Below are positions 54,025 through 63,174 of a stretch of 64,000 nucleotides of DNA, piece after piece. A model generated the notes under the pieces. It searched no databases. It had not been told where the DNA came from and saw only the letters and a program-made list of their open reading frames with translations. Source of the DNA: Pseudoxanthomonas sp. (lineage in GTDB: Bacteria > Pseudomonadota > Gammaproteobacteria > Xanthomonadales > Xanthomonadaceae). The stretch spans positions 172,164 through 236,163 of the forward strand of contig NZ_JBQCIJ010000046.1 of assembly GCF_051953815.1 (NCBI RefSeq), in the 5' to 3' direction. Every line of letters begins with the position of its first letter. The first letter of the stretch is position 1. Position numbers and translations under genes: made by a program.

Positions 54025-55478
54025 CGTAGCGAATCTCCGGTGAGCGCCCCGGAACGCGGTCCGGCAAGCGCGGTGGTCATGGCGCCTCCGCCACGGAGCC
54101 GTGGTTCGGCACGCAGGGTTTCGAGGAAGCGGCGCGCCCAATGGCCCACGTCGTTGCCGCGCAGCCGCGCCATCAGCGCCCGCCAGCGTTCCTGGCGCTC
54201 GCGCAGCGGCATGCCCGCGGCGAGGTCGATGGCCTCGGCCACCGCGTCGGGGTCATGCGGATTGACGATCAGCGCTTCGACCAGTTCCTCGGCGGCGCCG
54301 GCGAAACGCGACAGCACCAGCACCCCGGGATCCGCGGGCGATTGCGCGGCCAGGTACTCCTTGGCGACCAGGTTCATGCCGTCGCGCAGCGGCGTGATCA
54401 GGCCGATCGCCGCGGCCCGGTGGAAGCCCGCCAGCACCGGCTGCGGAAAGCTGTCGTTGACGTAGCGGATCGGCGTCCAGTCCGGCTTGGCGTGGCGGCC
54501 GTTGATATGCCCGGCCAGGCCTTCGAGTTCGCGGCGCACGTCCTGGTATTCGGGAACCTGGATGCGGCTGGGCGGCGCGATCTGCAGGTAGGTCAACTGG
54601 CCGGCGGACGCCGCGCCGCTTTCCAGGTGGCGCTCGAAGGAACGGAAGCGTTCCGGCAGGCCCTTGGAGTAATCCAGCCGATCCACGCCGATCGCGAGCC
54701 GGCGACCCGACAGGCTCGCCCGCAGGTCGTGTTCGGCCCGCTCCGCCTCGGCGCTGCGCGCCTGCGCGGCGATCGCCTCGACATCGATGCCGATCGGGAA
54801 CGCGCCGCTGCGTCCGTGGCGGGTGATGCCGTGCTGGCGCAAGGCATGCTGATAGTTGTCGAGATCGGCGCGGGTCTGGAATCCGGTCAGGTCGTGGCAG
54901 GCCAGCGCTTCCAGCAGATCGCGATGGACGGGCAGGGCACGCAGCACGTCGGGCGGCGGCATCGGGATGTGCAGGAAGAACCCGATCCGGTTGCTCACGC
55001 CAAGTTCGCGCAGGCAGCGCGCCAGCGGAATCAGGTGGTAGTCGTGCACCCAGACGGTGTCGTCCGCGCGCAGCCGGCGGGCCAGCGCTTCGGCGAAGTA
55101 CCGGTTCACCCGCAGCCAGGCCTCGTGGTGCTCGCGGTGGTAATCGACCAGGTCGATGCGGTAATGGAACAACGGCCACAGCACGCGGTTGGCGAAGCCG
55201 TGGTAATACCCGTCGAAATCGTCCGCCGGCAGATCCAGCAACGCGTATTCGATCCGCCCCGAATGCAGCGTCTCCAGCGGCAGGCGCGCATCGCTGGCCA
55301 TGCGGCCGCTCCAGCCCAGCCACAGCGCCGGAGCGCCATCCATCGCCGCCGCCAGCGCCACCGCCAGGCCGCCGGTCTGGGTTTCACCGGGCAATGCCAC
55401 CCGGTTGGAAACCTGCACGATGCGTCCGGTCTCCGCGCGTTCGTGAATCACGGGCCGCGATCGTGAGTCGATGTTCAT
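54021..55478 (-). CDS. otsA: alpha,alpha-trehalose-phosphate synthase OtsA (GT20)
   Basis: 485 aa. VSNRV, GGLAVAL, WLGWSG, FANRVLWPLFHY, WVHDYHLIPL, IGFFLHIPMP, DGMNLVAKEY, LSRFAGAA. Confidence 0.92.
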   Translation of the reverse strand: MNIDSRSRPVIHERAETGRIVQVSNRVALPGETQTGGLAVALAAAMDGAPALWLGWSGRMASDARLPLETLHSGRIEYALLDLPADDFDGYYHGFANRVLWPLFHYRIDLVDYHREHHEAWLRVNRYFAEALARRLRADDTVWVHDYHLIPLARCLRELGVSNRIGFFLHIPMPPPDVLRALPVHRDLLEALACHDLTGFQTRADLDNYQHALRQHGITRHGRSGAFPIGIDVEAIAAQARSAEAERAEHDLRASLSGRRLAIGVDRLDYSKGLPERFRSFERHLESGAASAGQLTYLQIAPPSRIQVPEYQDVRRELEGLAGHINGRHAKPDWTPIRYVNDSFPQPVLAGFHRAAAIGLITPLRDGMNLVAKEYLAAQSPADPGVLVLSRFAGAAEELVEALIVNPHDPDAVAEAIDLAAGMPLRERQERWRALMARLRGNDVGHWARRFLETLRAEPRLRGGGAMTTALAGPRSGALTGDSLR

Positions 55479-56239
55479 GCGATGACCTCGTCTTTCAGGG
55501 ATGCGAGCAGCCAGCGCCGGACCGCGTCCGGATTCGCCAGTCGATGGCGTGCCGCGGTGGGTCGCCCCGCGCCGATCAGCACGCTGACGCCGCCCAGCGC
55601 GTTGACCCGCGCGAATCCCGGCTCGTCCGCGGGATCGTCGCCGATGAAGGCGGGGCGCCGGCCTTGGAAAGGCGGCATCGCCATGAAGGCGGCGATGGCC
55701 TCGCCCTTGTCCATGCCGAGCGGGCGTATCTCGATGCCGTGCGCGCCGGGATGCAGCCGGTGGCGCGGCAGGCGCGCGCGCAGGCTGTCGGCGAATGCGC
55801 CGAGTTCCTTCGCCGCTTCCGGCGCGGCGCGCCAATGCAGGAACAGGCAACCACCGCGGCATTCCACCAACGCGCCCGGATAGCGGCCGGCGATCGCTTC
55901 GGCTTCGGCGGCCAGCGCGAGGAAAGGAGCATCCATCGCCGGCGCGGGTTGCCATTCGCCCTGCGCGCGCCGTTCCAGCCCGTGCAGGCCGGCGACCGCC
56001 GCGACGACCAGCGGCGCGAACAACGCGTCGAGCGCAGCCACCGTGCGTCCGCTCACCAGGGCCAGCGCGCCACCGCATTTGCGCGACAGCGCGGGAAGGG
56101 CCTGTTTGATCGCGGGGTCAATCCGCACCGCGTCCGGGGTGGGCGCATGCTCGGCGAGCGAGCCGTCGACATCGAGGAACAGCGCCCAGTCCTCCTCGAT
56201 CAGCGGTGGTTCCGCCGCAAGGGTACTTTCGCTTTCCAT
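55475..56239 (-). CDS. otsB: trehalose-phosphatase OtsB (HAD)
   Basis: 254 aa. HAD motif I FLDVDGSL, SGR, GLHG.E, and C-terminal GDD..DE. The stop overlaps the otsA ATG (ATGA). Confidence 0.88.
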   Translation of the reverse strand: MESESTLAAEPPLIEEDWALFLDVDGSLAEHAPTPDAVRIDPAIKQALPALSRKCGGALALVSGRTVAALDALFAPLVVAAVAGLHGLERRAQGEWQPAPAMDAPFLALAAEAEAIAGRYPGALVECRGGCLFLHWRAAPEAAKELGAFADSLRARLPRHRLHPGAHGIEIRPLGMDKGEAIAAFMAMPPFQGRRPAFIGDDPADEPGFARVNALGGVSVLIGAGRPTAARHRLANPDAVRRWLLASLKDEVIA

Positions 56240-56368
56240 GATTTCATCCTAGATATCGCGGTGTGAGCGCCGCGTGGATGGGTCTTCATGCGAAGCCAAC
56301 ATACCGCGCACGGAATCTTGACCTCGCCCGCGCGAGGCTGCGGCGAGGCGGCGAACCGGAGCCGATCG

Positions 56369-56869
56369 ATGTCCGCGCAGCTGACGGCGCAGGTAAACGT
56401 GTTGCTGGAAGTGCTGTACGCGATGCTGCTGGCCGGCAGCATCGGCGTGGAGCGCGAGATCAAGAACCGGCCCGCGGGCTTCCGCACCCACATGCTGGTC
56501 GGCGGCGCGGCCGCGTTCCTGGTCGGCATCGGCGACATGGTGATGACCGAGAGCATGCGTGAGGCGAGTCCGACGCTGGTGGTGGATCCGTTCCGGCTGG
56601 TGGAGGCGGTGATCGCCGGCGTGTCCTTCATCGGCGCGGGCACCATCTTCGCCCAGCGCGGCGCCGGCACGGTGGTCGGCATCACCACCGCCGCATCGCT
56701 GCTGATGGTCGCGGTGATCGGCGTGGCGGTGGGCTTCGACTACAACCTGCTGGCCTTCCTCGTCACCGCCGCGACCCTGTCGGTGCTGGTCCTGCTCGCG
56801 TGGATCGAACGGCTGATCGCCGGCCGCCGACCGCCCGGCGGCGGGCCGCACCGCCGGACTTCCGCTTGA
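56369..56869 (+). CDS. MgtC/SapB-family membrane protein
   Basis: 166 aa. LLAGSIGVEREIKNRPAGFRTHMLVGGAAA, VSFIGAGTIF, GITTAASL. Confidence 0.85.
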   Translation: MSAQLTAQVNVLLEVLYAMLLAGSIGVEREIKNRPAGFRTHMLVGGAAAFLVGIGDMVMTESMREASPTLVVDPFRLVEAVIAGVSFIGAGTIFAQRGAGTVVGITTAASLLMVAVIGVAVGFDYNLLAFLVTAATLSVLVLLAWIERLIAGRRPPGGGPHRRTSA

Positions 56870-56931
56870 ACGCCAACGGGGGTATCTTCCGGGGTCGGGG
56901 GACGTTGACCATTCCGCTGCCTGGCTACTCG

Positions 56932-59895
56932 ATGGTTGCCATGACGGAGACGCGCAAGGAATTGCCTATAACTCGCTCCACCCGGACGATCGCCTGGTCA
57001 GGCATCGTCCTGGCGCTCATGCTCGCGTACCTGCTCGGTTACTTCGTGTATCGCGATCACCAGCTGCGCCTGCAGGCCGCGCAGCGCCAGAGCATGGCGC
57101 TGGCCGAAGGCACCGCGCGCCTGTTGCGGCTGGAACTGCGCAATCTCGAACGCGCCATGGCGGGCATCGCCGGCGATGCCCGCCATGCGTTCCAGACCGT
57201 GCCCGCGTCCGCGCCCGTGCTGCTGGGCGAAGCGGTGGCCGGCGTCGTGCAGCGGCATCAGGAGCTGCACAGCATCGTGATCGTGGATGCGGGCGGCCAG
57301 GCGATCACGCCGGGCGACGGTTTTGCGATTCCTTCCCGGCTGCGCGGCGCCCGTCCGCAGGTGCTGAGCTTCGGCGGCCTGCAGCAGGTGGATGGCGAAT
57401 GGGTGTGGCCGCTGCTGATGGCGATGGAGGATGGGCGGTGGATCGTCACCCGGCTGCGGGTGGCCGAGATCCAGCGCCTGGTCGCGGACCTGGACACCGG
57501 CCGCGAGGGCGTGGTGACCGTGATGGATCACGGCGGCACGGTGCTCGCGCGCAGTCGTGACGCGTCACGTTATCTGGGGCGCCGCTATCCGGAAATCCTG
57601 CCGTCCGGTCCGCCCTACGCCGCCAGTACGATGATCCGGCGGAGCGGGGTGGACGGGGTGATGCGGATCACCGCGCGCATGCACCTGGACGACTACGGCG
57701 TGTTCGTCAGCGCCGGCCTGGGGCGGGCCGAAGTGCTGCGCGACTGGTACCTGCTGCTGTTCGGGTCGCTGGCGGTCTATGCGCTGTACTGGGCGGGCTT
57801 CCTGTACCTGCTGCGGCATATCCGGCAGGCGGCGCGGGCGCAGAAGCGACTGGTCACCGAAGTGGGGCGCGCGGCCGATGGACTGCGGCTGGCCCAGCGC
57901 GTCGGCAGGACCGGCAGCTGGATGGTGCTGCGGTCGCCGCCGCGGGTCGAATGGTCCGAACAGGTATCGGAGATCTTCGGCCTGGGCCAGGAGCGCCACA
58001 GCGCCTGCAGCGAGGAGTTCTACGCGCTGGTGCATCCGGAGGATCGCGAGCCGCTGCGCGCGCGTTTCGCCCAGGCCTGGCGGAGCCGAGAACCCTTCGT
58101 CGCCGAGTACCGCGTGATCCGGCCCGATGGCCAGGTCCGCTGGCTGCTGACCCGCGGAGGCGTGGTCGAGCAGGACGGCGAAGTCACCCGCATGACCGGC
58201 ACGGTGCTGGACATCACCAACGAACGCAGCGCCCAGGCGCGCCTGCTCGAAACCGAGCGCCAGTACCGGTTGCTGTTCGATCGCAACCCGATGCCGTTCT
58301 GGGTGTTCGATCTGGAGAGCCTGCGGTTCCTGGAGGTCAACGACGCCGCCGTCCGCCACTACGGCTACAGCCGCGAGGAGTTCCTGGCGATGACCATTCT
58401 GGACATCCGCCCGCCTCGCGACTCGGTGGATGTCCTGCAGTCGTTGAGCGAACCGGCGCCCACCCCGGAAGGCGAGCTGTGGAAGCATGTGAAGAAGGAT
58501 GGCAGCGTCATCGACGTGCAGGTGCGCACCGACACCATCAGCTACAACGGCCGGCCCGCCAAGCTGGTGCTGGCCGAGGACATCAGCGAAACCCTCGCCT
58601 ACGAGCGCGAACTCAATTACCGGGCCAGCCACGACGCCGCCACCGGCCTGCTGAACCTGCCGGGGCTGAAGACCCACCTGGCCGCCGAGGGCAAGGGGCC
58701 CTACGCGCTGGCCTATCTGCAGCTGCGCGGCCTGGAACTGGTCATCGACAGCCTGGGCCAGGCGGTGGCGACCCGGGTGCTGGACATCCTCGCCAATCGG
58801 CTGGAATCGCTGGCCGATCCCTGGGGCGAGAGCGCATTCGTGCCCTCCGAGGCCTTCGTGGTGGCGCTGCGGCACGGCGTGGACGTGGACATGGCGGTGA
58901 CCGCGCTGCACCGCGCGATGACCTTGCCGGTGGAGCAGGGCGGATCGCGGCGCACGCTGGAAGCGTGGGTGGGCGTCGCCCGGTTCGACGGCACCGGGTT
59001 CGAGAACGCGGTCAGCCATGCCGCGCTCGCCGCGCACGTGGCGCGTTCGCAGGGCGTTCCCAGCCGGACCTTCGATGCGCCGATGGCGCAGGCGGCCGGC
59101 GAGCGCCTGCGCATGATCGGCCGCATCCACGTGGCGCTGGAACAGCGCGATTTCATGCTGCATTTCCAGCCGATCTACCGGCTCCAGGATCGCCATCCGG
59201 TCTGCCTGGAGGCGCTGCTGCGCTGGCCGCAGGCCGATGGCGGCTTCGTGCCGCCATCGCAGTTCATTCCGCTGTCCGAGGACGCCGGCCTGATTCCCGC
59301 GCTGGGCGACTGGGTGATGGAGGAGGCGGCGCATTGCCATCGCAAGCTGGTGGAGGCCGGGTGGGGCCAGCTGCCGATCGCGGTCAACGTATCGCCGGCG
59401 CAACTGCGCCGGCGGGACTTCGCCGAACGCTTGATCCAGCTGCACGAGCGCTTCGGCCTGCCGCGCGGCGCGCTGCACATCGAAGTCACCGAAAGCATGC
59501 TGCTCGACAGTCCCGAAAGCACCATGCGCACCCTGCGCACGTTGCAGAAGCACGGCATCTGCACCTCGCTGGATGATTTCGGCACGGGCTTCTCCAGCAT
59601 GTCGTACCTGCACCAGCTGCCGCTGGACGCGCTGAAGATCGATCAGGCGTTCGTGCGCAACGTCGCCGACGACGACCGCAGTGCGGCGATCTGCCACGCG
59701 ATGATTTCCCTGGGCCACAGCCTCGGCCTGACCCTGGTGGCGGAAGGGGTGGAGACGCAGGCGCAGCTGGACTGGCTGCACCGCCATCACTGCGATCAGG
59801 TGCAGGGCTATCTGCTGGCCCGGCCGATGGATCTGGCGCGGACGCTGGAACACCTGTCCGCCGGCGTGGCGCCGGAGCGTAGACGGGGCGGCTGA
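56932..59895 (+). CDS. membrane sensor: periplasmic domain - 2 PAS - degenerate GGDEF - EAL phosphodiesterase
   Basis: 987 aa. Two TM segments flank a ~270-aa periplasmic domain. PAS-like segments are present (ERHSACSEEFYALVHPEDRE...; YRLLFDRNPMPFWVFD). In the GGDEF domain the signature is replaced by PSEAF. The EAL domain is intact (EALLRW, NVSP, EVTE, DDFGTGFSS, KIDQAF, EGVET, QGY). Confidence 0.88.
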   Translation: MVAMTETRKELPITRSTRTIAWSGIVLALMLAYLLGYFVYRDHQLRLQAAQRQSMALAEGTARLLRLELRNLERAMAGIAGDARHAFQTVPASAPVLLGEAVAGVVQRHQELHSIVIVDAGGQAITPGDGFAIPSRLRGARPQVLSFGGLQQVDGEWVWPLLMAMEDGRWIVTRLRVAEIQRLVADLDTGREGVVTVMDHGGTVLARSRDASRYLGRRYPEILPSGPPYAASTMIRRSGVDGVMRITARMHLDDYGVFVSAGLGRAEVLRDWYLLLFGSLAVYALYWAGFLYLLRHIRQAARAQKRLVTEVGRAADGLRLAQRVGRTGSWMVLRSPPRVEWSEQVSEIFGLGQERHSACSEEFYALVHPEDREPLRARFAQAWRSREPFVAEYRVIRPDGQVRWLLTRGGVVEQDGEVTRMTGTVLDITNERSAQARLLETERQYRLLFDRNPMPFWVFDLESLRFLEVNDAAVRHYGYSREEFLAMTILDIRPPRDSVDVLQSLSEPAPTPEGELWKHVKKDGSVIDVQVRTDTISYNGRPAKLVLAEDISETLAYERELNYRASHDAATGLLNLPGLKTHLAAEGKGPYALAYLQLRGLELVIDSLGQAVATRVLDILANRLESLADPWGESAFVPSEAFVVALRHGVDVDMAVTALHRAMTLPVEQGGSRRTLEAWVGVARFDGTGFENAVSHAALAAHVARSQGVPSRTFDAPMAQAAGERLRMIGRIHVALEQRDFMLHFQPIYRLQDRHPVCLEALLRWPQADGGFVPPSQFIPLSEDAGLIPALGDWVMEEAAHCHRKLVEAGWGQLPIAVNVSPAQLRRRDFAERLIQLHERFGLPRGALHIEVTESMLLDSPESTMRTLRTLQKHGICTSLDDFGTGFSSMSYLHQLPLDALKIDQAFVRNVADDDRSAAICHAMISLGHSLGLTLVAEGVETQAQLDWLHRHHCDQVQGYLLARPMDLARTLEHLSAGVAPERRRGG

Positions 59896-59900
59896 GGCCG

Positions 59901-60233
59901 CTAGTGCAGGCTCCAGATATCCGGGATCAGCGCTTCGGCCGATTCCCGGAAGCCATCTTCGAAATGGGGAGGCAGGCCCAGGGGAAAGTTCTCGGCGGCG
60001 ACCTGGAGGCAGGCGATCAGCCGGGTCTGCACCGGCTCCTCCACCGCCTGCATCACCGTCGAGGCCACGTAGCCCATGACCGCGAGCTGGCCCTGGAGCC
60101 GGCCGAAATGTTCCAGCACGTACCCGATCGCCTGATCCTGCCGCTGGACGCGTTGCTCCAGCGCGGGTTCCAGGCGCAGGCAGATCGCCTCCAGTTCGGC
60201 GAGGCGCGTCTCCATCGAATGCCGCTTGCCCAT
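59901..60233 (-). CDS. hypothetical protein (110 aa)
   Basis: MGKRHSMETRLAELEAICLRLEPALEQ... SD AGGAGA 6 nt upstream of ATG 60233 (the ORF is open to 60263). High GC3. No recognised family. Confidence 0.6.
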   Translation of the reverse strand: MGKRHSMETRLAELEAICLRLEPALEQRVQRQDQAIGYVLEHFGRLQGQLAVMGYVASTVMQAVEEPVQTRLIACLQVAAENFPLGLPPHFEDGFRESAEALIPDIWSLH

Positions 60234-60306
60234 GCGCGTCTCCTGCTTGGCGTGCAGGTCCACTTTCCGGCATCGGCATCAAGAGAACGTGTGCAGGGCG
60301 CGGCGG

Positions 60307-60473
60307 CGGAAAGAGAAAGGGGGAGAACCGGAAGGCGATCCAGACGAGGTTGACCCGCCGTTCCTGTCGGCCGGTGAGGCCTGAGGCCGGTTCTCCTGTG
60401 GGGCTGCCGGTCAAGACCTCGGCCCACGGGGAGCCGTATCCACTGAATGCGCAGCCAGCCGGGGTGTTCTCCG
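60307..60473 (-). promoter_or_regulatory. candidate cis-regulatory RNA leader / attenuator with competing GGAGAAC-GTTCTCC helices
   Basis: On the minus-strand RNA, CCGGAGAAC (60473-60465) and GGAGAACCGG (60395-60386) can both pair with CCGGTTCTCC (60330-60321). That last element is followed by CCCTTTCTCTTTCC. A nested long-range helix CGAGGTCTTGACC/GGTCAACCTCG (60420-60408 / 60355-60344) is also present. The whole region lies in a 330-bp gap between two minus-strand genes. Confidence 0.35.
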
Positions 60474-60591
60474 GCATCCACACAGAAGATTCTCCGCCAT
60501 CGCCGCGAAACCGGCGGTGCAGGGCGCGTCCACACGCCGTTAAGAAGCGGTCGCGAGCGGCGGAGCGCTCAGCGCAGCGTGGCGGTTCCGC

Positions 60592-60888
60592 TCAGGCCGT
60601 CGGCGACGCGCGCAGCAACGCCGGCTCGTGGCCGCGGGGATGCGTGGGCAATCCGAGACAATCCACGCAGGCGTCGTCGAGCGTCGCGTGCGACGGACGC
60701 CAGCCCAGCACGTACCAGCCTTCCTCGTCGCCGGACAGATGCTCGGCGTGCCAGGCGCGGCCATCGTAGTGACCGTTGAACCAGCCGGTGGTGTCGTCGA
60801 TCGAGCAGGCGTAAATCGCCAGCGGCACGTTCACCGGGGGCGCGCGCTCGGGCAGATAGCAGCAGGCCGCGTCCGTAAGCGGGCTCAT
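60592..60888 (-). CDS. hypothetical protein (98 aa)
   Basis: MSPLTDAACCYLPERAPPVNVPLAIYACSIDDTTGWFNGHYDGRAWHAEHLSGDEEGWYVLGW... SD GGAG 6 nt upstream. High GC3. Confidence 0.55.
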   Translation of the reverse strand: MSPLTDAACCYLPERAPPVNVPLAIYACSIDDTTGWFNGHYDGRAWHAEHLSGDEEGWYVLGWRPSHATLDDACVDCLGLPTHPRGHEPALLRASPTA

Positions 60889-61104
60889 GGGGACTCCGAC
60901 GTGCCGCGCACGCGAATGGGATTGAGCCGGGTTCTACTCCCGAGTCCGGCAAGAGCGTGTGTTCAAGCGCGCGGGTTGCCGTTAACGATCGATGCACGCC
61001 TGGGCATTTGTTTGTCACGGCGCGTTTGCACCGGCGAGGTTAGAACTGGGATGACGCGGCGAGGCCGCGTGTTTTTCTCCCAACCCGACGGCAAGGAGTA
61101 TCCG

Positions 61105-61716
61105 ATGGCACGCGCATCCATGACCGACCAGGCGCAGGTGAACGAACTGTTGCTGCAGGCGCTCGAAACCGAACGCGGCGGCATCCAGGTCTACACCGCG
61201 GCGATCGAGGCGGCACAGAACGAGGATCTGAAGGAAGAATGGCGGAAATACCTGGATGAAACCCGCCGGCATGAGCAGATTCTGCTGGATGTCTTTGAAC
61301 AGCTGGGCAAGGATCCGGAAGCCGCCAGTCCGGGGCGCGAGGTCGTGGCGCATCACGGCCGCTCCCTGGTGAAGGCCATCGAGATGGCGATGGCCAACGC
61401 CGATGCCGCCGCGGCCGAACTGGTTGCCGCCGAATGCGTGGTCCTGGCCGAAACCAAGGATCACCAGAACTGGGAACTGATCGGCCGGGTGGCGGAAAAG
61501 GCCGGCAAGCAGGAAGGAAAGATCCTCAAGGCCGCACACGACGAGGTGGAGAAGGAAGAGGATCACCACCTCTATCACACCCGCGGCTGGGCACGGGAAC
61601 TGTGGATCCAGTCGCTGGGCCTGCCGGCGGTGCTGCCGCCGCCGGAAGAGGAACGCAATGTCGAAACCGCCATCGGCGCGGCGCGCGCCGAGCAGTCACG
61701 CGACAAGATGATGTAG
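61105..61716 (+). CDS. ferritin-like (four-helix-bundle) domain protein
   Basis: 203 aa. SD AAGGAG. Helical repeats with Glu/His pairs (LQALETERGGIQVY, EEWRKYLDETRRHEQIL, ECVVLAETKDHQNWE, HDEVEKEEDHHLYH). Confidence 0.6.
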   Translation: MARASMTDQAQVNELLLQALETERGGIQVYTAAIEAAQNEDLKEEWRKYLDETRRHEQILLDVFEQLGKDPEAASPGREVVAHHGRSLVKAIEMAMANADAAAAELVAAECVVLAETKDHQNWELIGRVAEKAGKQEGKILKAAHDEVEKEEDHHLYHTRGWARELWIQSLGLPAVLPPPEEERNVETAIGAARAEQSRDKMM

Positions 61717-61816
61717 CAGCCCCTCCGTCGCGATCCGGCCGCGTGCCGGGTCGCGACGGGGCTGTCGTCGTGAACGGAACATTTTTACCGCGCGGGCGCG
61801 CGGCTGCGCCGCCCGC

Positions 61817-62110
61817 TCAGAATTCGTCGACGAACTCGACCGCCATGCCCAGGCTTTCCGCGCTGCGGATGATGAGCTCGCGCACCTCGTCGCCCGCATG
61901 CGGACCGGGAACCTCGATCTCGATGGCGTGAACGCCGCCGCTGCCCTGATCGTCGACCAGTCCGGCGGAGCTGGAGTCATCGTCGTCCATGTGCGGCATC
62001 AGGTCCGCCACTTCCTCGACCCGCTCGACCCCATCGACGCCATGCACCACGCTGATCACGGTGGCCGCGTCGGCTTCACTTCCGGTCAGGCGGACTTTCA
62101 GCAGGGGCAT
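61817..62110 (-). CDS. hypothetical acidic protein (97 aa)
   Basis: MPLLKVRLTGSEADAATVISVVHGVDGVERVEEVADLMPHMDDDDSSS... SD GGAG. The rest of track ORF 61817-62419 is REP repeat sequence. Confidence 0.55.
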   Translation of the reverse strand: MPLLKVRLTGSEADAATVISVVHGVDGVERVEEVADLMPHMDDDDSSSAGLVDDQGSGGVHAIEIEVPGPHAGDEVRELIIRSAESLGMAVEFVDEF

Positions 62111-62191
62111 GGGGAACTCCTTGGGACGGGGAGGCGCTCCGCTGGAGCGCACGGGGGCTTCGGGGGTAGAGGTTCCGGTTTCGCCAAATGG

Positions 62192-62318
62192 ATTCCAGCT
62201 TACGCTGGAATGACAACTCAAAGCCGTCGTCCCAGCGAACGCTGGGACCCATGTTTGCTTCCTAGTTCGCTTCCTATGCGACAGGCCTGCGGACGCCTGA
62301 TTCCAGCTTTGGCTGGAA
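62192..62318. repeat. second cluster of the same REP-like palindromic elements
   Basis: Hairpins ATTCCAGC-ttac-GCTGGAAT (62192-62211), GTCCCAGCG-aa-CGCTGGGAC (62229-62248, followed by ccatgtt as in the 22.3-kb array) and TTCCAGC-tttg-GCTGGAA (62301-62318). Confidence 0.8.
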
Positions 62319-62533
62319 CGACGGCGGGAAGTCTCCGTCGTGCCATTGGATCCGGGACCTATCCTGTTCCGCGACCAACACGTGTTGATCCGGATTGAAC
62401 CGTAGTCCAGGCCCTTCATCCAGCTGTCTCCCTCTTAAAGCGGAGGCGCTGACGAGCATGTGAAGAGCTTCCGCATACACGCTCGACACACCTGCGCATG
62501 CAGGCTGCGCCATATCCCACTCGCGGTGTGACG

Positions 62534-63010
62534 ATGTATCGAATCCTGATTGTCTGTGTCGGCAACATCTGTCGAAGTCCGATGGCCGAGGCGGTGATGC
62601 GGGCGCGGTGGCCCGCGGGCGAGGTGGAGGTGCGCTCGGCCGGGCTGGCCGCGCGCGTGGGCGACGGCGTGCATCCGATGGCCGCCGAGATGCTGAAGGA
62701 AAATGGTCTTCGATTGGATCACCATGCCGCGCGCCAGATCGATCTGCAGATGCTCGTGCAGGCGGACCTCGTGCTGGCGATGGAGCATCGACAGTTGCGC
62801 GCGCTCGCGGCCATCGCACCGCCGCTGCGTCAGCGCATGCAACTGCTGGGCCGATGGAAGGGGAACAGCGAAATACGCGATCCCTGCGGGCGTCCACGCG
62901 CCGACTTCGTGCGCGCCTTTGATCTCATCGAGGCGTCCGCGCACGCCTGGTGCGAGCGCATGCCGATGAATCGTGATTCACGATTGTGCGCGATGCCTGC
63001 ACACACCTGA
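62534..63010 (+). CDS. low-molecular-weight protein-tyrosine phosphatase
   Basis: 158 aa. Active-site P-loop VCVGNICRSPMAE near the N-terminus and the downstream DP motif (EIRDPCG). Confidence 0.88.
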   Translation: MYRILIVCVGNICRSPMAEAVMRARWPAGEVEVRSAGLAARVGDGVHPMAAEMLKENGLRLDHHAARQIDLQMLVQADLVLAMEHRQLRALAAIAPPLRQRMQLLGRWKGNSEIRDPCGRPRADFVRAFDLIEASAHAWCERMPMNRDSRLCAMPAHT

Positions 63011-63174
63011 GCGGATCCCCGTGCGTGGTTCGCGCTTTCATGCGCTCATCAAGATGCTGTCCGTAGATTGCCAGCGGAACAAATCACCACCACGCACACC
63101 GCGTGGAATGGCGGTTTTTGCCAGGGATGACCGGTTGGACAGGATGGCCATCACGGACAAACGAGGAATTCTGG

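Noticed and set aside
60264-60480. Assignment of the structured leader to a known riboswitch class (cobalamin B12 box, ykkC guanidine-I/III, yybP-ykoY Mn2+, fluoride, c-di-GMP)
   Set aside because: Only short, partial resemblances were seen (CGAGGU, CAGGA...ACGGCG). The defining conserved cores were not found, and the downstream gene type does not fit those classes.
61725-61759. Nested hairpin CCGTCGCGA...TCGCGACGG (with inner CCGGC/GCCGG) between the convergent ferritin-like and acidic-protein genes, as a terminator
   Set aside because: The stem is perfect (9 bp), but no adjacent U-tract is present on either strand. It is plausible as an RNA 3'-end structure but was not called as a feature.
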